Of a DNA stretch of 64,000 nucleotides, positions 35,562 to 46,081 are shown one piece after another. The notes beneath the pieces are model-generated. The model did not search any database, had not been told where the DNA came from, and worked only from the letters and a program-made list of their open reading frames with translations. The position numbers were made by a program, and so were the translations under genes. This DNA is from Macrostomum lignano (taxonomy: Eukaryota), in assembly GCA_002269645.1 (NCBI GenBank), contig NIVC01001874.1:163038-227037 (forward strand), in the 5' to 3' direction. Numbering within the stretch: the stretch's first letter is position 1; every line of letters begins with the position of its first letter.

Positions 35562-36319
35562 TGCTGGGGGGAGAGTAGCATAAAGAAGACAATTGCTAAA
35601 TGTTAGCTTCAATCGAATTCTACGAACGCAGACGCCAGCGGAAGGCCAGAAAAAAGCAAAAACTTTTTTGTTCTTCGGAAAGACTTTACCGTTCTTCACC
35701 TTGTAGATGTATAGCAAATCTACTGCATGTTTTTGACAGTCACGGCTGCCGAGTTAAAACTTCTTACAACAGAAAAAAGCAATTTTTGGTCGTTTCTATC
35801 TGAAGGTGGATTACTGTGCCACAAAATCTAGGCTTGTACAAAAAATACAAAAATAAAAATACAAAATCAACATAATTTTTCCAACGCGTTTCTGTCTGTC
35901 ATGGGTCATTGTCAGGGTCAATAATTGGAAAAATTTAAGATTTCCACCCTGTTATAGTGATTTGACATGAACTTAAATAAAAGTTGGAAAAATAACAATT
36001 AATATTTAAGCAACCTATATCTACCTAAGTGTGCTACTTTGCCTATAAGGAACAATAAGGTACATTGGACTTGTTTTACAATTATCAGTTTCTATAATAT
36101 TTGCATCACCGAGAAAGACAGAAAGAGCCGCACTGTATCGATTTGTGATGCCAATATGAGTAAACGGGCGGACTGATCACAAGTTCAGCATAATTTAAGT
36201 ACAGTATCGGATAGGCAATGGAAGACGTCGCGGTAAATAAGGATCACAGATAAACAAGAAATGTTTTTTTCTCGGCGAGCAAATGGCTGAAAATATGTTT
36301 TCATATTTTCGGGGCCACA

Positions 36320-36390
36320 GAAGCGGAAAACCCGGAAGACAAAGCCAAAGCCGGGAGCAGCAGAATCGGAAGGCCGCAGCGGAAGAGAAT
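36320..36390. promoter_or_regulatory. Cluster of ETS-like CCGGAAG/GCGGAA sites, candidate NUDT16 promoter
   Basis: GCGGAAAA at about 36323, CCGGAAG at 36332 and GCGGAAG at about 36379, in a CpG-rich patch upstream of a housekeeping gene. Confidence 0.3.
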
Positions 36391-37182
36391 TGGCACGATT
36401 GCGGAACAGGACGCGCCGGATAGTGACAGCCGAAAGTCACAGAAGACAGGGGAATCTCCATTACTCTTTTCTATATTAGGGATTGCTTCTTGTCCATCAC
36501 AAGGAAAACAGCTGTTAGTCAGCAGAAAAAAATAATATAGAATCACGCATCACCCGACGGCTCCTCAGCTGTTTTCATCAAGCCTTCGGCGACAGATGTC
36601 AACTTTCATGAGCAAAATGATAGACTTTTTAATCAAAATCAAGCCGTGATTCATTAGATATTAAAGAAGCGACTTGAAATCAATCTTTCAATGCCTTCAG
36701 CGCCTTCTGTTTGAGCACGCGCAAGTTCGAAGCTATGAATACTTCGCTATAAGGAACTGCTCAATGCAAGATTGCTACCGAAGTCGAGTATTAGTTGCTC
36801 AAGTACAATTCGAGCTAAGATGAGACAAGCTCGGAGCTCGGATGAGACAAGACGACAATAAGAAATTGCTTTTTAACGCAACAAAAACATTGATTTAAGA
36901 AGTTTGCCATTTGTGTGCGAGCGTATATTTTGAATAAAAGCATTTTGTTGCTTTTCTTCCCCAAAAAACAGACGATTCTGCCGTCTTATCTTACAGGCAG
37001 TTCATAAATTTAATGATTTTTTACCCTTTTTTATAAGTGTTTTTACCCTTTTTATAAGTGATGTGACATGAACTTAAATAAAAGCCCAGGTACAATAGTT
37101 CAACTGACGTAAAAGTCTGTATTTTATTTCTCAAAACAGACAGTTCGCAAGAGTGCATGGTTATCCGTTACATTCTTTATAG

Positions 37183-37494
37183 TCACTGATATACGTGACG
37201 AAACTCCGGACAGTCTGCCAAGGCAGCTACAGACACGGGAAGCCTGCGCAGGTAAATCCGGTCCAAACAAATATTGTTCACGCAGTGCAGACGCGGCTCG
37301 CTATTTGAGTAGCAACGACGGCAGACGAACAGGCAACGCTGCCACGGGTCCAGATCCGGGAAATGTTCAAACGGCAGCAGCTGGCCAGCCTCAGTGCTAT
37401 CGTCATCAGCGTTACTAGCGGCTAGGCCAGGCGAACGGCAGACAATTGCAGTTGCAATGATCAGCGAGGTAATCAGAAACAGTGACGAAGACAT
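37183..37494 (-). CDS. Secreted six-cysteine peptide precursor, eclosion-hormone-like, 103 aa
   Basis: Signal peptide, acidic spacer, then DPWQRC-x3-C-x2-C-x9-C-x4-C-x18-C. Insect EH has DPMEIC-x3-C-x2-C-x12-C-x3-C-x10-C. Confidence 0.6.
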   Translation of the reverse strand: MSSSLFLITSLIIATAIVCRSPGLAASNADDDSTEAGQLLPFEHFPDLDPWQRCLFVCRRCYSNSEPRLHCVNNICLDRIYLRRLPVSVAALADCPEFRHVYQ

Positions 37495-37887
37495 TGTGGA
37501 GCTGCTCTTCCGGTGTTCGAGATTTAGATTTCGACTGGACTTATAGGGTGTTTATCTTTAGTTGCGGATAATCCAGGATTATACGAATGAGTCGTGTCTT
37601 ATACTGCTAGGATATTGCGCAAGTCGTCCTTTTTTCGTCCAATTGGCTTGCAGAAGTTCGGCCAATCATGCGCTTGAAGCCTTCTTGAATCTGTGCTTTC
37701 ACCAAGCGGGCGTTTTAGCTTGGAAAATTCAGTCTATGAGTTCTAAACAGTCTCTTTTTTGTCAAGATTGATTATGCAGTTGTTGCTATCTTATTGTTGC
37801 TGTTCAATTATGACTCTGCATCTTCTAATCACGAAGGTGATAGAAATACCAAGACTAGTTTCACTGATTGCTGAACTTCCACAAGAC

Positions 37888-39500
37888 TGTTCTTATTGAT
37901 CCTACAGGCAATAGGACTTCTGCAAGGATTGCTCTCATTGAACCTACAGGCAAAAGGACTTCTGCAAGGATTGTCCTCATTGATCCTACAGGCAAAAGGA
38001 CTTCTGCAAGGATTGTCCTCATTGATCCTACAGGCAATAGGACTTCTGTAAGGATTGCTCTGATTGATCCTACAGGCAATAGGACTTCTGCAAGGATTGC
38101 TCTCATTGATCCTACAGGCAATAGGACTTCTGTAAGGATTGCTCTGATTGATCCTACAGGCAATAGGACTTCTGCAAGGATTGCTTTCATTGATCCTACA
38201 GGCAATAGGACTTCTGCAAGGATTGCTCTCATTGAACCTACAGGCAAAAGGACTTCTGCAAGGATTGCTCTCATTGATCCTACAGGCAAAAGGACTTCTG
38301 CAAGGATTGTCCTCATTGATCCTACAGGCAATAGGACTTCTGTAAGGATTGCTCTGATTGATCCTACAGGCAATAGGACTTCTGCTAGGATTGTCCTCAT
38401 TGATCCTACAGGCAATAGGACTTCTGCAAGGATTGCTCTCATTGATCCTACAGGCAATAGGACTTCTGTAAGGATTGCTCTGATTGATCCTACAGGCAAT
38501 AGGACTTCTGCAAGGATTGCTTTCATTGATCCTACAGGCAATAGGACTTCTGCAAGGATTGCTCTCATTGATCCTACAGGCAAAAGGACTTCTGCAAGGA
38601 TTGTCCTCATTGATCCTACAGGCAATAGGACTTCTGTAAGGATTGCTCTGATTGATCCTACAGGCAATAGGACTTCTGCAAGGATTGTCCTCATTGATCC
38701 TACAGGCAATAGGACTTCTGCAAGGATTGCTCTCATTGATCCTACAGGCAATAGGACTTCTGTAAGGATTGCTCTGATTGATCCTACAGGCAATAGGACT
38801 TCTGCAAGGATTGCTTTCATTGATCCTACAGGCAATAGGACCTCTGCAAGGATTGCTTTCATTGATCCTACAGGCAATAGGACTTCTGTAAGGAAGGCTC
38901 CGATTAATCCTACAGGCAATAGGACTTCTGCAAGGATTGCTTTCATTGATCCTACAGGCAATATGGTAGGACCTCTGCAAGGATTGTCCTCATTAATCCT
39001 ACAGGCAATAGGACCTCTGCAAGGATTGCTTTCATTGATCCTACAGGCAATAGGACTTCTGCAAGGATTGCTCTCATTGATCCTACATGCAATAGGACTT
39101 CTGCAAGGATTGCTCTCATTTATCCTACATGCAATAGGACTTCTGCAAGGATTGCTCTCATTGATCCTACAGGCAATAGGACTTCTGCAAGGATTGTCCT
39201 CATTGATCCTACAGGCAATAGGACTTCTGCAAGGATTGCTCTCATTGATCCTACATGCAATAGGACTTCTGCAAGGATTGCTCTCATTTATCCTACATGC
39301 AATAGGACTTCTGCAAGGATTGCTCTCATTGATCCTACATGCAATAGGACTTCTGCAAGGATTGCTCTCATTGATCCTACATGCAATAGGACTTCTGCAA
39401 GGATTGCTCTCATTGATCCTACATGCAATAGGACTTCTGCAAGGATTGCTCTCATTGATCCTACATGCAATAGGACTTCTGCAAGGATTGCTCTCATTTG
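37888..39500. repeat. 42-bp minisatellite (about 38 units)
   Basis: Unit GATCCTACAGGCAATAGGACTTCTGCAAGGATTGCTCTCATT; explains the 14-aa periodic ORFs on both strands. Confidence 0.97.
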
Positions 39501-40024
39501 ATCCGCATTTGGAATTCCATAAAATTGGCTCTAGAGACGCGCAGGAAAAGACTTTCGTAACTTTAACTTGATCCAGTGAGTCAAAAGCATCTGACGCCAG
39601 ATGAGTAAAATCCAAGACAACACCTCGCGAAAGTGAAATTTAGGCTTGTCAACTTCTATAAGAACCTATACTCACATTTTTGCTTACTTAAGCTTAACAA
39701 TGACTCAAACCTAAGTGCTCCGTATCAAAGCTAATAAGCGTCACAAGCCGAAACACTGCATCAAGGGAATTAAAAGCGTTTAGGCTACGTCCCTACCTTG
39801 CTTCGAGTTCGAGTGCTACGAAGGTACACTTTTTAACTATTTAGACTGCAGTTAACCTGGAAACTAAGTAAATATTAATAATTAAACAAGACCACAAGAG
39901 ATTTTATTTATGAAGATCAGATTCGACGCACGAAAAAATCGGCGAAGATATTGTAAAAATGCAGATGTCAAATTTTTATTTCACTGCCTTCAGTCTATTT
40001 GGGTACAGTGGAGGGCCTAATTGC

Positions 40025-40978
40025 TCATTCCTGGCCAAGCAGACGCAGAAATTTGCGACACTTTAGCATGAGCACTTTAATAGACTCGCGCACCAGTTCC
40101 TCCGACGGCAGGCAGCCGGTCGACTCCACGGTGAACAGGAAGTGGTCCCTGACCAGTCCCAGTTCTACGCATTCGCGCAACTCCGGATCGCGCAGCGCCT
40201 CCCGGCTGCAGGTGACATCCCGACGAGGATCCGCCACCGTGGCCAGACCGGCCTCCGTCAAGCTGATGACGCCAGGCTGGAAGCAGGCCCGCAGCCTCTC
40301 AGCCAGCTCGCCGCCGACCTCCCGCACGAGACGGATGTCGCTCAATAGCCGGTAGAACGCTGTGGCCACCGGCATGAACTTGGCGTGATCCTGGCCGATG
40401 CCGCGCACGCACAGCATCCGGGCGTGGATGCGCGCCCCGGGGCCCAGGCGGGCCAGCAGGATGTTCGGCAGGACTGGCGCCGGGCCGCCACGGGACCTGC
40501 CGCCGGCGAGTAGCGACTTCTGATCGCCGATCGGCACCCAGCGGAAGTCGCTAGAGTACACCCTGTCGTGCTCCAGACTGCCGTCGTCGCGTTTCCGACA
40601 TTCGACGTCCAAATCGAAGACGAGAACGCAGCGCGGATCTAATGATTCGACGTCTTCAGTCGGGCGCAAGTCCGGGCAGTCGCGAAACAGGCGCGGATCG
40701 ACGCGCAACGGCACCAGTCCGAGACGCTGGCAGAGCACTTCGTCGGGTATGACGGACGTGTTCTGATACAGCAGCACCTTCTCCACGGCCACTGTGGGCA
40801 CCTCGGCAAGCAGGATGCGCCGGATGGCGTTGGCTAGCGCGGTCTCCGCGTGCACCAAGTCGAACTCCAGCACGCCCTCGGCCTGATCAAGCCGGGTGAG
40901 CCGAATGGAACGGCGCTTGTCGGGCCGCTCGAGCTCGTAGGGTAAAACCAGCTCGGCTTCTTCTAAGCGGACTGTCAT
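40025..40978 (-). CDS. POLR1C: RNA polymerases I and III subunit RPAC1 (AC40), about 317 aa, intronless CDS
   Basis: LEFDLV...ALANAIRRILLAEVPTVAVEKV..YQNTSVIPDEVL.QRLGLVP..VDPRLF, GIGQDHAKFMPVATAFYRLL and DHFLFTVESTGCLP. Start placed at the ATG at 40978, directly after a CAG acceptor. Confidence 0.93.
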   Translation of the reverse strand: MTVRLEEAELVLPYELERPDKRRSIRLTRLDQAEGVLEFDLVHAETALANAIRRILLAEVPTVAVEKVLLYQNTSVIPDEVLCQRLGLVPLRVDPRLFRDCPDLRPTEDVESLDPRCVLVFDLDVECRKRDDGSLEHDRVYSSDFRWVPIGDQKSLLAGGRSRGGPAPVLPNILLARLGPGARIHARMLCVRGIGQDHAKFMPVATAFYRLLSDIRLVREVGGELAERLRACFQPGVISLTEAGLATVADPRRDVTCSREALRDPELRECVELGLVRDHFLFTVESTGCLPSEELVRESIKVLMLKCRKFLRLLGQE

Positions 40979-41103
40979 CTGGACCGCGTTCGGAGCATGG
41001 GAACAAGCAGGGTGGTATTTACTACTCTGTAGTAGTAGATGCGGCATGAGAGTAGCCAACTGAATGGAATCTGAGAATTCGGCATAGAAACTTTGGGTTT
41101 ACG

Positions 41104-44100
41104 AGGGTGGCATAGGATCTGAGAGGGTGGCATAGGATCTGAGAGGGTGGCATAGGATCTGAGAGGGTGGCATAGGATGGGAGGGTGGCATAGAATTTGG
41201 GAGGGTGGCATAGGATGGGAGGGTGGCATAGGATGGGAGGGTGGCATAGGATGGGAGGGTGGCATAGGATGGGAGGGTGGCATAGGATGGGAGGGTGGCA
41301 TAGGATGGGAGGGTGGCATAGAATTTGGGAGGGTAGCATAGGATGGGAGGGCGGCATAGGATGGGAAGGTGGCATAGGATGGGAAGGTGGCATAGGATGG
41401 GAAGGCGGCATAGGATGGGAGGGTGGATTAGGATGGGAAGGTGGCATAGGATGGGAAGGTGGCATAGGATGGGAAGGTGGCATAGGATGGGAAGGTGGCA
41501 TAGGATGGGAGGGTAGCATAGGATGGGAAGGTGGCATAGGATGGGAAGGTGGCATAGGATGGGAAGGCGGCATAGGATGGGAAGGTGGCATAGGATGGGA
41601 AGGTGGCATAGGATGGGAAGGTGGCATAGGATGGGAAGGCGGCATAGGATGGGAGGGTGGATTAGGATGGGAAGGTGGCATAGGATGGGAAGGTGGCATA
41701 GGATGGGAAGGTGGCATAGGATGGGAAGGTGGCATAGGATGGGAGGGTAGCATAGGATGGGAAGGTGGCATAGGATGGGAAGGTGGCATAGGATGGGAAG
41801 GCGGCATAGGATGGGAGGGTGGCATAGGATGGGAAGGTGGCATAGGATGGGAAGGTGGCATAGGATGGGAGGGTAGCATAGGATGGGAAGGTGGCATAGG
41901 ATGGGAAGGTGGCATAGGATGGGAAGGCGGCATAGGATGGGAGGGTGGCATAGGATGGGAAGGTGGCATAGGATGGGAAGGTGGCATAGGATGGGAAGGT
42001 GGCATAGGATGGGAGGGTGGCATAGGATGGGAAGGTGGCATAGGATGGGAAGGTGGCATAGGATGGGAGGGTGGCATAGGATCTGAGAGGGTGGCATAGG
42101 ATGGGAAGGTGGCATAGGATGGGAAGGTGGCATAGGATGGGAAGGTGGCATAGGATGGGAAGGTGGCATAGGATGGGAAGGTGGCATAGGATGGGAGGGT
42201 GGCATAGGATCTGAGAGGGTGGCATAGGATGGGAAGGAGGCATAGGATGGGAAGGTGGCATAGGATGGGAAGGTGGCATAGGATGGGAAGGTGGCATAGG
42301 ATGGGAAGGTGGCATAGGATGGGAGGGCGGCATAGGATCTGAGAGGGTGGCATAGGATGGGAAGGTGGCATAGGATGGGAAGGTGGCATAGGATGGGAAG
42401 GTGGCATAGGATGGGAAGGTGGCATAGGATGGGAAGGTGGCATAGGATGGGAAGGAGGCATAGGATGGGAAGGTGGCATAGGATGGGAAGGTGGCATAGG
42501 ATGGGAAGGTGGCATAGGATGGGAAGGTGGCATAGGATGGGAGGGTGGCATAGGATCTGAGAGGGTGGCATAGGATGGGAAGGTGGCATAGGATGGGAAG
42601 GAGGCATAGGATGGGAAGGTGGCATAGGATGGGAAGGTGGCATAGGATGGGAAGGTGGCATAGGATGGGAAGGTGCATAGGATGGGAAGGTGGCATAGGA
42701 TGGGAGGGTGGCATAGGATCTGAGAGGGTGGCATAGGATGGGAAGGTGGCATAGGATGGGAAGGCGGCATAGGATGGGAGGGTGGCATAGGATGGGAAGG
42801 TGGCATAGGATGGGAAGGTGGCATAGGATGGGAAGGTGGCATAGGATGGGAAGGTGGCATAGGATGGGAGGGTGGCATAGGATCTGAGAGGGTGGCATAG
42901 GATGGGAAGGTGGCATAGGATGGGAAGGTGGCATAGGATGGGAGGGTGGCATAGGATGGGGGGTGGCATAGGATGGGGGGCGGCATAGGATGGGAGGGTG
43001 GCATAGGATGGGGGGCGGCATAGGATGGGAAGGAGGCATAGGATGGGAAGGTGGCATAGGATGGGAAGGTGGCATAGGATGGGAAGGCGGCATAGGATGG
43101 GCGGCGGCATAGGATGGGAGGGTGGCATAGGATGGGAAGGTGGCATAGGATGGGAAGGTGGCATAGGATGGGAAGGCGGCATAGGATGGGGGGCGGCATA
43201 GGATGGGAAGGTGGCATAGGATGGGAAGGTGGCATAGGATCTGAGAGGGTGGCATAGGATGGGAAGGTGGCATAGGATGGGAAGGTGGCATAGGATGGGA
43301 AGGTGGCATAGGATGGGAAGGTGGCATAGGATGGGAAGGTGGCATAGGATGGGAAGGTGGCATAGGATGGGAAGGTGGCATAGGATGGGAAGGTGGCATA
43401 GGATGGGAGGGTGGCATAGGATGGGAAGGTGGCATAGGATGGGAAGGTGGCATAGGATGGGAGGGTGGCATAGGATCTGAGAGGGTGGCATAGGATGGGA
43501 AGGTGGCATAGGATGGGAAGGTGGCATAGGATGGGAAGGTGGCATAGGATGGGAGGGTGGCATAGGATGGGAAGGTGGCATAGGATGGGAAGGTGGCATA
43601 GGATGGGAGGGTGGCATAGGATCTGAGAGGGTGGCATAGGATGGGAAGGTGGCATAGGATGGGAAGGCGGCATAGGATGGGAAGGTGGCATAGGATGGGA
43701 AGGTGGCATAGGATGGGAAGGTGGCATAGGATGGGAGGGTGGCATAGGATCTGAGAGGGTGGCATAGGATGGGAAGGAGGCATAGGATGGGAAGGTGGCA
43801 TAGGATGGGAAGGTGGCATAGGATGGGAAGGTGGCATAGGATGGGAAGGTGGCATAGGATGGGAGGGCGGCATAGGATCTGAGAGGGTGGCATAGGATGG
43901 GAAGGTGGCATAGGATGGGAAGGTGGCATAGGATGGGAAGGAGGCATAGGATGGGAAGGTGGCATAGGATGGGAAGGTGGCATAGGATGGGAAGGTGGCA
44001 TAGGATGGGAAGGTGGCATAGGATGGGAGGGTGGCATAGGATCTGAGAGGGTGGCATAGGATGGGAAGGTGGCATAGGATGGGAAGGAGGCATAGGATGG

Positions 44101-45724
44101 GAAGGTGGCATAGGATGGGAAGGTGGCATAGGATGGGAAGGTGGCATAGGATGGGAAGGTGGCATAGGATGGGAAGGTGGCATAGGATGGGAGGGTGGCA
44201 TAGGATCTGAGAGGGTGGCATAGGATGGGAAGGTGGCATAGGATGGGAAGGCGGCATAGGATGGGAGGGTGGCATAGGATGGGAAGGTGGCATAGGATGG
44301 GAAGGTGGCATAGGATGGGAAGGTGGCATAGGATGGGAAGGTGGCATAGGATGGGAGGGTGGCATAGGATGTGAGAGGGTGGCATAGGATGGGAAGGTGG
44401 CATAGGATGGGAAGGTGGCATAGGATGGGAGGGTGGCATAGGATGGGGGGCGGCATAGGATGGGAGGGTGGCATAGGATGGGGGGCGGCATAGGATGGGA
44501 AGGAGGCATAGGATGGGAAGGTGGCATAGGATGGGAAGGTGGCATAGGATGGGAAGGCGGCATAGGATGGGCGGCGGCATAGGATGGGAGGGTGGCATAG
44601 GATGGGAAGGTGGCATAGGATGGGAAGGTGGCATAGGATGGGAAGGCGGCATAGGATGGGGGGCGGCATAGGATGGGAAGGTGGCATAGGATGGGAAGGT
44701 GGCATAGGATCTGAGAGGGTGGCATAGGATGGGAAGGTGGCATAGGATGGGAAGGTGGCATAGGATGGGAAGGTGGCATAGGATGGGAAGGTGGCATAGG
44801 ATGGGAAGGTGGCATAGGATGGGAAGGTGGCATAGGATCTGAGAGGGTGGCATAGGATGGGAAGGTGGCATAGGATGGGAAGGTGGCATAGGATGGGAAG
44901 GTGGCATAGGATGGGAAGGTGGCATAGGATGGGAAGGTGGCATAGGATGGGAAGGTGGCATAGGATGGGAAGGTGGCATAGGATGGGAGGGTGGCATAGG
45001 ATGGGAAGGTGGCATAGGATGGGAAGGTGGCATAGGATGGGAGGGTGGCATAGGATCTGAGAGGGTGGCATAGGATGGGAAGGTGGCATAGGATGGGAAG
45101 GTGGCATAGGATGGGAAGGTGGCATAGGATGGGAAGGTGGCATAGGATGGGAAGGCGGCATAGGATGGGAAGGTGGCATAGGATGGGAAGGTGGCATAGG
45201 ATGGGAAGGCGGCATAGGATGGGAAGGTGGCATAGGATGGGAGGGTGGCATAGGATCTGAGAGGGTAGCATAGGATGGGAGGGCGGCATAGGATGGGAAG
45301 GAGGCATAGGATGGGAAGGTGGCATAGGATGGGAAGGAGGCATAGGATGGGAAGGAGGCATAGGATGGGAGGGTGGCATAGGATCTGAGAGGGTAGCATA
45401 GGATGGGAGGGCGGCATAGGATGGGAAGGAGGCATAGGATGGGAAGGAGGCATAGGATGGGAGGGTGGCATAGGATCTGAGAGGGTAGCATAGGATGGGA
45501 GGGCGGCATAGGATGGGAAGGAGGCATAGGATGGGAAGGAGGCATAGGATGGGAAGGAGGCATAGGATGGGAAGGTGGCATAGGATGGGAAGGCGGCATA
45601 GGATGGGAAGGCGGCATAGGATGGGAAGGAGGCATAGGATGGGAAGGAGGCATAAGATGGGAAGGAGGCATAGGATGGGAAGGAGGCATAAGATGGGAAG
45701 GAGGCATAGGATGGGAAGGAGGCA
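41104..45724. repeat. 4.6-kb 18-bp minisatellite (about 250 units) between ACADS and POLR1C
   Basis: Unit GGCATAGGATGGGAAGGT with interspersed 20-bp variant GGCATAGGATCTGAGAGGGT; explains the 1390-1567-aa ORFs. Confidence 0.98.
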
Positions 45725-46081
45725 TTAGCCCAGCCTGGGGATCTATATACTATATATATACACTTAGAGTTAAAAAATATAAGCACATGCAGCTGAATAA
45801 AAGAAATTTTGCAAGCCTTGCAAGATAAAGCCAAATTACTAACTACCAGATAAAAATCAAACGATGAAATTTATATTTCTTGCTCGTAAAAATCATTTTA
45901 AACAAACAACTATTAGGCAATTAAACCGTATTCAAACAAATTATCTCAAAAATTTAAAGCAGAAACCAAATTAGGACATTGTGGAAAATATTTTTGTCAA
46001 TTAAAACAATTGATTTTTATCATAACTACAATTTTCTCCCATTGATATTCTAATGAAACAGTAAATCGCAAATAGAATCTA

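Noticed and set aside
37829-39615. Cys-rich ACRINESNPCRSPI ORF and its 567/584-aa overlaps
   Set aside because: 42-bp DNA repeat open in several frames on both strands; unit variation is not codon-constrained.
41022-45834. ORFs of 1390-1567 aa (MPPSHP/PSYATF/ILCHLP repeats)
   Set aside because: They are translations of the stop-free 18-bp minisatellite, open in all three minus-strand frames, with no unique domain or splice context.
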